A stretch of 20,000 nt of DNA, from positions 55,179 through 75,178 of the IMG/VR virus record IMGVR_UViG_3300007513_002396; one strand, written 5' to 3'. Positions 1-10,100 of this stretch are shown here, piece after piece; the stretch's first letter is position 1; each line of letters begins with the position of its first letter. The notes under the pieces are model-generated. The model made no database searches, was not told the DNA's origin, and was given only the letters and a program-made list of their open reading frames with translations. The translations under genes were made by a program, and so were the position numbers. Source of the stretch: an uncultured virus (IMG/VR IMGVR_UViG_3300007513_002396) (taxonomy: Duplodnaviria; Heunggongvirae; Uroviricota; Caudoviricetes).

Positions 1-2
1 AT

Positions 3-920
3 TTCGGTTTCAGGATAACTTTTAGTGGCTCGTATGACACTGATACAAAGACACGGTTTGCTAAACGTTTTGCATCTAGACATGTAAGAAATAAGTTGCT
101 ATCTCCACGTCTTCTCATTACGTGGAATAATACGATGAAAGATTCACACCTTAATTTCGTATTTAACTCATCTGCTAGTTTATTTTTACGAAATACCATT
201 GGTGGCACGTCAACCAACCTAAGGTCTGGTTCGGCATTGACTGAGCTGAGTGGTGAAGACTGCATTTTATTAACGCTGGTCAGCGGCTCGGGTGCTACTG
301 CTTCGTATACATTTATTACTGCATCTCAGCATACTGGCTCCGCCACAAGCGCCGGTATGCCGGGAGTGTACTCTGCTTCATTCGCGTTGAACCAATTTGA
401 TTCATCATTTTTTAAGACGATGAAAGGTAATAATGAACTTACATTTACTGAAATATGGTCATCGCTTGATCGTACTATCGGATATATGACGGGATCGTTA
501 ACCGTTAAAAAAACAGCTGTGGCATCTAACGCGTTTGTGAATAGAAAGCTTTTATTCACCGCGACCAATGCATTGCCTGAGTATAAGCAATATTCTCGTG
601 TTACGATGAGGTTATTTGTAGAAGATGTTGAAGCGCAACGTAAGACAAAGGCGTACAAGCTTCCTCGAGAACTTGAAACGATAATTGTTGACAAAGTGTA
701 TTACAGGATTCGTGATATCGAGTCTGGCACCATTATGGTTCCCTTCGATGAGATACGTGATTCCACCAGAGTAGCTGTTGATTCTGCCGGGATGTATATA
801 GACTTTCGTACTTCTGGATTGCCCCACAACAGAAATTACACTATTGACCTACTCGTAAAAGATAGAAACATCTCTGAAATTGTTGAGCTTAATAACGTAT
901 CATTTATGGTTGTTTCTTAA
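3..920 (+). CDS. Putative phage virion structural protein, 5'-truncated (true start lies upstream of the window)
   Basis: The frame is open from position 3 (FGFRITFSGSYDTDTKTRFAKRFASRHVRNKLLSPRLLITWNN...), so the TTG at 96 in the track is probably not the start. 'GF...RF.SR....P.L.I.W' resembles the end of DNRLRE-type beta-sandwich domains (tentative). The TAA stop overlaps the next ATG (TAATG, 918-922). Confidence 0.7.
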   Translation, partial: FGFRITFSGSYDTDTKTRFAKRFASRHVRNKLLSPRLLITWNNTMKDSHLNFVFNSSASLFLRNTIGGTSTNLRSGSALTELSGEDCILLTLVSGSGATASYTFITASQHTGSATSAGMPGVYSASFALNQFDSSFFKTMKGNNELTFTEIWSSLDRTIGYMTGSLTVKKTAVASNAFVNRKLLFTATNALPEYKQYSRVTMRLFVEDVEAQRKTKAYKLPRELETIIVDKVYYRIRDIESGTIMVPFDEIRDSTRVAVDSAGMYIDFRTSGLPHNRNYTIDLLVKDRNISEIVELNNVSFMVVS

Positions 921-3900
921 TGTCAAAAGGCCCAAAGATAAAGCGCGTTTTTGAAAATCAACGACTGTTTACTCCCAAGGTAATCAGAAGATACACAAAT
1001 TCATCTGGTGTTCTTAGAAACCAGACAGCTGCCTCGTTATCTGGTTCAGCCCCTACATCTACAACAGGCTCTTTTAGGTATGATCCCCCCGGATCACCTA
1101 TGAAGTCCACACAGCAATTGCCGCTTGATTTTTCGCAATTCGAGAACCACACATTTTTTGCATCCGCTGAATCAAATGTTAATGTCGCTTTTGAAAAAAT
1201 TGTTAATCAATTTCCTTTTGACGGAACGACTGAGGAATATGAGAATTTTCTAGATGATTTGACTGGTTTCGAAAACTACGTTTTGGATTCGTTTCCGCAC
1301 TATGTAGGATACCTAACTTTTGACAACACTGTGCTGGGTTCAGTTGATGGGAAGCATCAATCCATAGAAGTCAAGGATAGGGCCGGCGTTTTATTTCCTG
1401 CTTTATCTAGAATCCGTTCTGCAAAAACTATTTTAGATCCATCTGGTGGCTCATTTTCTGTTGAGTGTAAGTTGTCTTTGCCACCAGAAGTGAATACAAA
1501 ACAGATCGTCTTTAGTCATATGAGCGATGGGGGTGTTGGTTATTCTGCATTTTTAGAAGATGGTGATGAAGCTTCCGCAAACATAAAGTTTGTAGTTGCT
1601 AGTGGTTCACATCATATTTCTGCTTCTCATAACTTAGAGAAAGGAGAAGTCTGGCACTCTTTAAGCTTCGTTTATGACCGTGATGTGACACAAAGAAATG
1701 CAAAGATATTAAGTTGTTCTACTGTGATAGCTACGTCGCCACGCTACCGATTTAATAGTCTAAGTACACAAGGTGCTTCTTTTTTCATCGCAACCGGAAG
1801 CACAATCCAGACCGGTGGATCTTATTTCACTCCAGCCGATACATTTGCCGGTTCCATTGACGAATTTAGAGTATTTGCAGGTGTGAGGCCACCTGGTGAT
1901 ATTGATTATTACATGCAAAGAAATATATTCGCTCGAAAAGATCTAAAGCTGTCTTTTCGTTTTAATGAGCCAACAGGATCATATACAAACAATGACGTTG
2001 TATTAGACCACTCTGGTATGAGCTTACATTCTAAAATCACAGGGTGGAGGGAAAACCAGATTAGAGTAGTAAATACTGACAATATGCCTCCGATGTTATT
2101 TGAGGGATCTGTAAAGCATCCAGTACTTTTTCCTTCATACCCCTCTCTCGTTACGCTGAATGAGCAATTGCTATTGTCGGCATCTCAGTATGATTCCAAC
2201 AACCCAAACTTAATTACGAAATTAATTCCAGCGCACTATTTGGACGAAGCAGCAGCCTCACTTGCGATATCAGACAATCCTGATGGTACCCTTATGGATG
2301 GAATCTCAGCGATGTCTCCAAGTTATGATGTGCCTGGCGGCGCAAGGTTGGGACAACCACAAATAATCGCGTCTTTGTTGTTTATGTGGGCCAGGGAATT
2401 TGATATGGTGAAGGCATTTTTAGATCATGTTAGTAATCTAATTTTTGCTGAGTATGATTATAATGAGTCGATAGCTGATCACCTTTTACCCGTATTAGCA
2501 GAACACTACGGGCTAGAATTACCCAACATGTTTCGAAATGCAAAAATGAATCAATTCTTTTCAGGTGAAGAAGTCGTTACTGGAAAGCTTACAAGAAGTC
2601 TTCAATTTGCACAAAATGAAATATGGCGAAGAATTTTAATAAATGTTAGAGAAATAATTTCTTCAAAGGGTACAGTACACGCCATCAAGGCATTATTTAG
2701 AACTTCCGGGATAGACCCAGACAGAATTTTTAGGTTTGTAGAATATGGTGGCACAACTACTCAACGACTTGGTACGGCTCGAGAAGTGGCTACTGAGGTT
2801 TCAACCTTAATAGATTTCTCAGGTAGTCTGGCACACCAAACATCTGTCACAACAGATGCACAGGGGTTCTACGATAAATATCCGTCTATCCAAAGTGTGT
2901 TTCTGTCTTCTTCTAGAGTTGAGAAGGGATGGCCTCCGCCAGCCGGAGACTTTGTTATGCTCAACAACCAGGTATTGGGCACAGATAACACAAATGACGG
3001 ACTTCAAACATCTGGAAGCTGGACAATCGAAACTCGAGTTAAGTTTCCTTTAGCTCGTGGACTCACTTCAAAACAAAGCTTATTTAGGCTTCATACCACA
3101 TCTTCTGGCACGCCACATAACATGATATTGAATCTTGTTGCTACACCACCTACGTCTAGGGCTGTTTATGCGGAGAAGGCTGGGGAGAAAATTACGCTTT
3201 ATTGCCGTCCTGGCTTCGGTTCAGACGCACCCTTGATTGAGCTTCCGCTCACCGGCGCAGACATTTTTGATGGACGTGTATGGATGATCACTTGTGGTAG
3301 GGAAAGATATGATAGGTGTGGTTCGTATGTATCTTCTAGCTATTTTATAAGGGCAACGAAGCAAGAATATGGAAATATTGTTGAATATCATACGACATCG
3401 TCCTTTTTCGCAGAACAATCGGATCCTCCGTATATGAACTATGGAGAAAATATTTGGCAGTTAAAAGAAGAGCCAGGCTCCAAGGCTCTGGAAAATGCGA
3501 GTGGTTCATTTTTAGCTTTCGGAAATCAGAGCATTACAACTACCGGTATAAATTTCCTGAATAACGCTGCTGCTGTGACAAATAATGATGCTAGAACAAC
3601 GTTATTTCAAGGGTTAATGGGGCATACTCGTTTTTGGTCTGAAGCTTTAGACGAGCAAGAAACAAAAGAGCACTTATTAAATTTTCGATCGCTGGGTGTC
3701 CGAAACCCTCTTGTGAATTTCGGTTTCACACCTGATGTAACAGGATCGTTCGAAAAGCTTCGCTTGAATATATCATCCGATCAGCCATCCACAGAGAGTA
3801 ACGATACCGGCGGTCTCTTTTTAATAGATTTCTCTCAGAACTTTAATCTATCTGGGTCTCAGTATTATCTACCAGCATCCGGATCGATGATAGGCGCCGT

Positions 3901-4525
3901 TGGACAAGGGTTTGAGGTAGAGAAGGGAGTGATTAAACCCGAGCGAATCGACTTTAGTTATCTATCACCAAATTGGGATGAGATGCCAGAGCAAAATAAA
4001 GTAAGAGTTGCCGGTTTCACACAGGGCAAGAATCTATTTGAGCTTGGTGGTCAACCAGCGCCTGTTTACGAGATTCCAAAGTCTGCCGAGCCTGTGGATG
4101 ATGCAAGATTTGGTATTGAGTTTTCGATTATGCAAGCCCTGGATGAGGACATCATGAACATATTTGCAACTCTTGATGCACTAGATTTAGCGATTGGGGC
4201 TCCAGAATTGATGTTCGCAGAAGAATATCCAGAGTTAGCACGATTGAGAAAAGTTTATTTTAATCGCTTAACAGATCAGATCAATTATAAAAAGCTGTTT
4301 GATTTTTTTAGGTGGCTAGACGACTCGTTTGACTCGATAATAGAGGGATTAATCCCACGTAAGACAAATTACATGGGGTTCAATTTTATAATTGAGGGCC
4401 ACGGACTAGAACGTCCTAAGGTGGCGTATGGGTCTGGAGACGTTTATCTCGGTGAGAGTACCAGGAGAAATTTAAAGGGAATCATATTACTTCGACAACT
4501 TGTCGGTGACATGAGGAAGTTCTAA
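920..4525 (+). CDS. Baseplate wedge-like protein (P2 gpI/tail protein I-like core) with two LamG/ConA-like domains, 1201 aa
   Basis: The segment at ~2363-2752 (LLFMWAREFD...LLPVLAEHYGLEL...EIWRRILINVREIISSKGTVHAIKALFRTSGI...VEYGG) fits the 'L..LA...G......KGT...I..l' pattern of gpI-like wedge proteins. LamG-like motifs lie at ~1451-2017 (FSVECKL, WHSLSFVYD, FAGSIDEFRVF, LSFRFNE..G...DHSG) and ~3017-3678 (SWTIETRVKF, FQGLMGHTRFWSEAL). Confidence 0.65.
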   Translation: MSKGPKIKRVFENQRLFTPKVIRRYTNSSGVLRNQTAASLSGSAPTSTTGSFRYDPPGSPMKSTQQLPLDFSQFENHTFFASAESNVNVAFEKIVNQFPFDGTTEEYENFLDDLTGFENYVLDSFPHYVGYLTFDNTVLGSVDGKHQSIEVKDRAGVLFPALSRIRSAKTILDPSGGSFSVECKLSLPPEVNTKQIVFSHMSDGGVGYSAFLEDGDEASANIKFVVASGSHHISASHNLEKGEVWHSLSFVYDRDVTQRNAKILSCSTVIATSPRYRFNSLSTQGASFFIATGSTIQTGGSYFTPADTFAGSIDEFRVFAGVRPPGDIDYYMQRNIFARKDLKLSFRFNEPTGSYTNNDVVLDHSGMSLHSKITGWRENQIRVVNTDNMPPMLFEGSVKHPVLFPSYPSLVTLNEQLLLSASQYDSNNPNLITKLIPAHYLDEAAASLAISDNPDGTLMDGISAMSPSYDVPGGARLGQPQIIASLLFMWAREFDMVKAFLDHVSNLIFAEYDYNESIADHLLPVLAEHYGLELPNMFRNAKMNQFFSGEEVVTGKLTRSLQFAQNEIWRRILINVREIISSKGTVHAIKALFRTSGIDPDRIFRFVEYGGTTTQRLGTAREVATEVSTLIDFSGSLAHQTSVTTDAQGFYDKYPSIQSVFLSSSRVEKGWPPPAGDFVMLNNQVLGTDNTNDGLQTSGSWTIETRVKFPLARGLTSKQSLFRLHTTSSGTPHNMILNLVATPPTSRAVYAEKAGEKITLYCRPGFGSDAPLIELPLTGADIFDGRVWMITCGRERYDRCGSYVSSSYFIRATKQEYGNIVEYHTTSSFFAEQSDPPYMNYGENIWQLKEEPGSKALENASGSFLAFGNQSITTTGINFLNNAAAVTNNDARTTLFQGLMGHTRFWSEALDEQETKEHLLNFRSLGVRNPLVNFGFTPDVTGSFEKLRLNISSDQPSTESNDTGGLFLIDFSQNFNLSGSQYYLPASGSMIGAVGQGFEVEKGVIKPERIDFSYLSPNWDEMPEQNKVRVAGFTQGKNLFELGGQPAPVYEIPKSAEPVDDARFGIEFSIMQALDEDIMNIFATLDALDLAIGAPELMFAEEYPELARLRKVYFNRLTDQINYKKLFDFFRWLDDSFDSIIEGLIPRKTNYMGFNFIIEGHGLERPKVAYGSGDVYLGESTRRNLKGIILLRQLVGDMRKF

Positions 4526-7143
4526 TGGCGAAATATGAAATAATCACTCCCCATGGTGTCGAAGCACCATACAGTCTAACGGGATCCATGTACGTAGGCG
4601 GCCCACCTTTTGATGGCTACTATACCGCTGGGTCATCTTTGGTTGGCTGGTGGCGCTTCCAGGATTTAACGTCTTTCCCTTCTTCTGGCGACGCGCCAGA
4701 CTCAAGTGGTCAAGATAATCCCGCGACGAGTTTTAAAGCCAAGAGACCAGATTTTTCGATATCGTCCCCAGGCGATAGAATTCAACCAAATTCTGTATTA
4801 TTAACCCAATCACCAGATATACAATCTGCCACCATCAAAGATCTCGCGGCAGATTCTGTTCTTTCATTCGGGGACGGGGAAACAGATAGTTCATTTTCAA
4901 TTGCCGCGCGCGTACGGAGACCGTCTCTATCGTTAAATGGTGCGTACGGGACGATTATTCACAAGGGAAAAGAAAATTCCGCTGATGAAGTAGAGTACCA
5001 GCTTGTACTTTGGGACAATAACACAGACGGTGCCTCGAGGGTGCAATTTAAAATTGGTGATCGTTCTGAAGAAGCTTTTCTGCGAGTTCAGAGTCCTGCG
5101 GAGTCATTAACGGCCGATGAGTGGCATAGCGTAGTTGTGACGTATGACGGAACAGCCAAGGCAACTCTAGATGATGGTGGCAGCTCTATAAATTGTATGG
5201 CAATATACATCGATGGACGGCCTCAGCCGCTGGAAGATAATTCTCTTAATCCCCTGTTATATGTAGCGATGGAGGGATCGACCGAACGTTTTCGGATGGG
5301 CGCTCGAGGAAGTGGTGGAGGTGCGAACGGTTTCGAGGGGAACCTGGCAGACATAGCAATATGGAATAGGGAGTTAACTGAAATTGAGATAGCTGCGATC
5401 GCGAATGCAGCAAGTGGTCCGATTTATTGGTCATATCGAAACTTCCACCTTGTAGGATATGGTCAGCGGCTTTCACCCACTGGATCACAAGAACGCCTGT
5501 CTCTTCAAGGTTTGGACGCGCGTCCAGATGATGTATATTTCCCAAGCCTGCTTCCTCGTATTCGTCAAGGCGCTCCAATGTCGATATGGAGACAGGGCGA
5601 AAAGATATCTGACAAGTATTTTGATGACACTTTGTCCTTCCCCCATTCAGGGTCTACAAGTCTCCGCGGCGAAAATGATGTCAAGATTAATATGCGGATG
5701 AATTTTGAGTGGGAAAAGCTCAACTTTGGTCAAGCACCGGTAGTTCAGCAGGGGGAATCTTTTGTTGAGACTAACCCCTTCAATGCAGTAGACTTTATTA
5801 CATCACCCGAAAGTACCTTCTGGCCCGTAAATTTATTCAACCTTGGGTCTCTACTCGATCATGAGTTCGACGGTGTAATAGAGCCACTAGACATTCGTTC
5901 TGAACTTCTTGGATTGGTTCGCTCTAGATTCGAGGGGCATTCTGTCCGCGGCTCGCTTATGGGTCCTGCTAGCGAAACATACTTTGGTAGCAAGCTTATT
6001 GTTGACAAGTGGCGCTCTGATGACGGAAAGACTCCATTTTTTCTCGATGCACCAATTAACTGGAGCGAGCTAACACCAAGCGCATCAGCGACATGGGACA
6101 GTTTGCCGGTGGCGGTTTATTCTAATATAACGACCGAGCCGGATCGACCGTTTGTTGATCACGATGCGTTTGAGCAGACCGTTTCTACTTTGGTAATGAA
6201 TAACCCACAGCTGCCTGGTGGAATTATCCCCTATAATTTAGCTTTATCCCCTCCAGGTTTTTCCTTTGGTAGTCAGCTTTCGTTACCATGGGCCAATGAA
6301 TTGTTGGCTTGGTGGAGACTAAACCGCGAAAGTAGCAGTGGGGGTACAGTACCCGATTCGTCAGGTAATGGTCGTGACGCGACATTCTCTTCCACTCCCA
6401 CTGTTACTTCAGCAGAAACGCCAATGCCGTATATTCAAGAGACTGTTCAGCAATTCGTCAATGAGAGTGACAAAATCTTCCTCGGGACCGATGCAGTCTG
6501 GGAGCCGCTGATCGGTGGCGCCGGGGATGATGCAAAACCATTTTCAATATCTGCTTGGTTTAATGCGCAAGCGCTGGGAAGCTCGTTCCCCCACGCCGGG
6601 AAATTAATAGAGTTTGGTTTCGCCAGCAGAACAATCATCACCACCCATCCTATTGATCCCGACTACGATCTCGGCCTGAGGTTTGACTGTGGCGCCGGCA
6701 CCCCCCCCAGGACCCAAGACATATTCTTTAATACGTGGTATCACATGGTTTGGACATATTCTGGTGGGTCCAACCACGGTGGAAACAAGAAAGCAAGGGT
6801 ATACATCAATGGCGTCCAGCATGACGTTGAGACCCAGACAGCTATAGCTATAGCATCAGGTCACGGGTATCTTGGGGGTGATCACGATGGAGGAAGCGGA
6901 TGGGCGGGCTATATTGCTGATGTGAGTATATGGAGTCGCAGACTACTGTGGGCTGAAGTTCAAGCGCTTTACAGTGCACGAAACGGTATATCCAGATATG
7001 ATTTAAAGGACGACACGCTGATAGCGGCGATGCGTCAAATGAACTCAACAGCATATCCCACTATCGATCATGCCGAACGGCGTGCTAATCATGGATTTTA
7101 CTTCGGACAAAATGCTGGTTCAATTGTGTATGGAGATGAGTAG
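4525..7143 (+). CDS. Virion-associated protein with two LamG/concanavalin A-like lectin domains, 872 aa
   Basis: Two clear Laminin_G_3-type domains: ~4639-5400 (LVGWWRF, DSSG, FSIAARV, WHSVVVTYDG, IYIDG, FEGNLADIAIWNRELT..EI) and ~6301-6972 (LLAWWRL, DSSGNG, FSISAWF, WYHMVWTY, VYING, GYIADVSIWSR.L..EVQALY). TAATG overlap with the upstream gene; GAGG at 4513-4516. Confidence 0.8.
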   Translation: MAKYEIITPHGVEAPYSLTGSMYVGGPPFDGYYTAGSSLVGWWRFQDLTSFPSSGDAPDSSGQDNPATSFKAKRPDFSISSPGDRIQPNSVLLTQSPDIQSATIKDLAADSVLSFGDGETDSSFSIAARVRRPSLSLNGAYGTIIHKGKENSADEVEYQLVLWDNNTDGASRVQFKIGDRSEEAFLRVQSPAESLTADEWHSVVVTYDGTAKATLDDGGSSINCMAIYIDGRPQPLEDNSLNPLLYVAMEGSTERFRMGARGSGGGANGFEGNLADIAIWNRELTEIEIAAIANAASGPIYWSYRNFHLVGYGQRLSPTGSQERLSLQGLDARPDDVYFPSLLPRIRQGAPMSIWRQGEKISDKYFDDTLSFPHSGSTSLRGENDVKINMRMNFEWEKLNFGQAPVVQQGESFVETNPFNAVDFITSPESTFWPVNLFNLGSLLDHEFDGVIEPLDIRSELLGLVRSRFEGHSVRGSLMGPASETYFGSKLIVDKWRSDDGKTPFFLDAPINWSELTPSASATWDSLPVAVYSNITTEPDRPFVDHDAFEQTVSTLVMNNPQLPGGIIPYNLALSPPGFSFGSQLSLPWANELLAWWRLNRESSSGGTVPDSSGNGRDATFSSTPTVTSAETPMPYIQETVQQFVNESDKIFLGTDAVWEPLIGGAGDDAKPFSISAWFNAQALGSSFPHAGKLIEFGFASRTIITTHPIDPDYDLGLRFDCGAGTPPRTQDIFFNTWYHMVWTYSGGSNHGGNKKARVYINGVQHDVETQTAIAIASGHGYLGGDHDGGSGWAGYIADVSIWSRRLLWAEVQALYSARNGISRYDLKDDTLIAAMRQMNSTAYPTIDHAERRANHGFYFGQNAGSIVYGDE

Positions 7144-7145
7144 CG

Positions 7146-10100
7146 ATGTTTAACACAAAGAATCAATGGATCTGGCCAGACCTTTCAAGATATGTTTCTT
7201 CGATTGGAAGCCACGGCAAGCGATGGGAATTGAAACCCATTTGTAAAGCTTACTATAGATTTAATGAGTGGTCCGCATCAGGTGAGCCAGGGTTTAAAGA
7301 TCGTGCCGGCGCCCAAGAACCACTGATGATAGTCACCGGCAGTGGAACTGCTGGAACCACCTCAACGACATATCCGCCAATCCTTCCATATAATAAGGAG
7401 ATGTTGCCCTTAGATTTTGACAAGTCATTAGCTGGCAGCTTACCAAAGTTTACTCCCACTTCATTAGAGCTTGTTCCTAACTCTGAAACTCGAGTTGCAC
7501 GTCCGCTTGTCATGAAGTGTTTTGACTTCGGAACCCGCGACCGCCGCTTTTTACTGAGCAACACTCTTAAGAATATTGACACCACTTTCCTCCAGGAAGA
7601 GTATACATTCGTTACAAGGGTATGTGTTACTTCACCTGCCGGCGATCCAGAGCTTATATTTTCACTATCAGAATTTAATCTGACCTTATTGTCTCTTTCT
7701 TGTACATCAGCGTCAGCGACACAATATACTTTGGGAGCGAAGGTCTTTGATACGGTCGGCACCACTGAGTCCGTTTCAGGAAACCTCTATTATGATAAAT
7801 GGTACACTGCCTTTATTTCTGTAAGGGGCCCAACTGCTTCTACGGCTGGTCAGGTAAAACTGAGTGTGTGGGAAATGACAGACGGAACTCGTACTGCGGT
7901 ACCGACCGTCACCGCAATTACCGCTGGAAAAACTCTTCTTAGTCTCACATCTCCTAGAATATTCGTCGGATACGGAGACCCGACTTCTGCTCCTAATCCT
8001 TCATTCCCTCCAGGCGAATCGAATAATTGGGGACATCATTCCAAAATTTTTGAGTTAGCAATTCTTGGAAATTGGACTTCTAGTGAATTAAACCAGGCGA
8101 TCGCATCAGGATGGTCTGACGAAACTCTTACCGGACATCCTCGTCTTTTCACAAATTGGACATCTGGGTTTGATAGCGAAAAAGCTAGAAAAGCATTACG
8201 ATTGATGGACGACGCAAGAGCAGCTTATCCATCGATAGTAAGAACCGGTGACGGAACCCGGTTAGGGAACCAACCAGTATCACCATTTAACGATGATAAT
8301 ACGCTAATTTTTACCGCTAGCTCTCATTTGCGCTTTCCAGAAATGTTGCCCGAAGACTTATTTGCTGACAGCGGAGCTGGTGGTAGTCTGGAGAGGTATT
8401 CTAGAAAGAATTTAACGCACACTTCACCGACCGATCTCGGTGCCGACCCATGGATAATTGCCTCCGGCAGTGTCAGACCCGGTATTATGTCTAGAGAAGC
8501 ATTCATTTTTAATAGAAATGATGGGATATATGGTCAGCAATTACAACACAGGAATAGACTAGCTAGCGCGATGCCTCCCTTTGATGATTCCGCCCGTGAT
8601 ACCGCTGTAGAAATAATTCACTTACCTGCCACACCACTTTCTACCACACTAGGTTTTGATCAACCGCTGGGTAGCAGAATCGCGATTGTTATAGATTTAA
8701 ACCCCACCCAAGATCTGGCTTTAGGCCATGTCAGTAGAGACCTTATATTGACAGGATCCGAGGGAGTGGGCGGTGGCTTAGAAAATCGTACTTGTGTACC
8801 CGACTTTTCCAATGTAGGTAAGGCAATCGACAGTATCGCCTATTTTAATTTCGCCAAAAGCCGCTGGGACTTAAAGGGTAGTATTATTGATGACTCTATA
8901 CTCCCGATGCCATCGAGCCTGGACAATTACAAGTCACCCTTTATTGTTTCTTCTTCTCTTGCATTCGGGGCCACAACGGGCTTCGTTGTGAATCCAGATG
9001 CAGAGGATCCAGTCTTACCCTTAATGGCGCGAGGACGACCGACTGATACTTTTGGATTTCCGTTTGATGAAAAGTGGTCACCACAGCGTGAACAGAAATT
9101 AAATTTGGCAAAATATATTTCTGCTCCTTTCTTGTTAGAGAAAATGGTCATTAAGCATGACATAGAATTCTATGAGGCGGGTGATGAGGGGCTTGGATAT
9201 ATGATAAGGGAAAAGAAGAGTCCGTCGGATGGATCTTTTCTTGCTCATTCTTCATCAAGAGCGGGAGACACTGTCCCCAATTATGCTCGCGTCGATGTGA
9301 CCGTGCAACCTCCACAAGGGTCGCTCTGGACCACCGCCACCGCATCCTGGCAGGATTTATTTTATGCCGGTACATCTCGTTCCGATAAACTTACATACGG
9401 TCGATTTCCCCTTATGGGAGGGATGAGAGGAAGCGGCGGCGTCGCAGCAGGGATAAGAGGCGGCTTGTTAATGCCGTCTGATGATAGCAAGTATAAGGTT
9501 GTACCCAATGTCCTTCTTCCGCTTGAGGAAAACGGCGCTCCCTGGCGTCGGTTTCCAGCAGACAAATCGTTATACATTAATGCCGACATAGAAGAGATCG
9601 AACTAACAGCTGGGCAAACACCTGGCGGAGCAGCATTCTGGCGTGCCGATACTTTCTTCTTACTTCGTGACACAGTGGGTCGGGTTAACCGAGTAACAGA
9701 ACGAACCCCTCCAGATGCTTTCTTGACCGGCGCATCGAGAGGACGATGGTGGCCACGTGGAGTGTTCGACAACGCGCAAACCACCGAAGGCTGGCCTTAT
9801 TCGATTCCACAACGTTATACAGTCAACTCGGTATCTTCCGGTTCAATTCGAGAGCTTATTACCTACGCGCAAATAGCTCACTGTGGTTATGTAAGAACAG
9901 ACATGAATAGTCAAGCTCTTAAGAGCGGCTCTACGTGGCAAGAAACCCATCCCCTCCGCGCCGGTGCTATGCACTACCCTCGGCAGAACAGAACGGGCAC
10001 TCCATTTACAATAGCTGGTCAAGAGAGATGGGAACAACCACTAGACAATGCTGCCTGGAGCGGCGCCGCCGAAGCCTGGCGAAACTACGATTCTCGAGGG

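Noticed and set aside
96..98. TTG at 96 as the start of the first gene
   Set aside because: The frame is open back to the window edge with protein-like sequence and there is no SD before 96, so the gene is more likely truncated by the window.
6701..6708. C8 homopolymer as a phase-variation tract in the second LamG domain
   Set aside because: It encodes Thr-Pro-Pro in an intact frame; one 8-mer run in 20 kb is weak evidence without read-level length variation.
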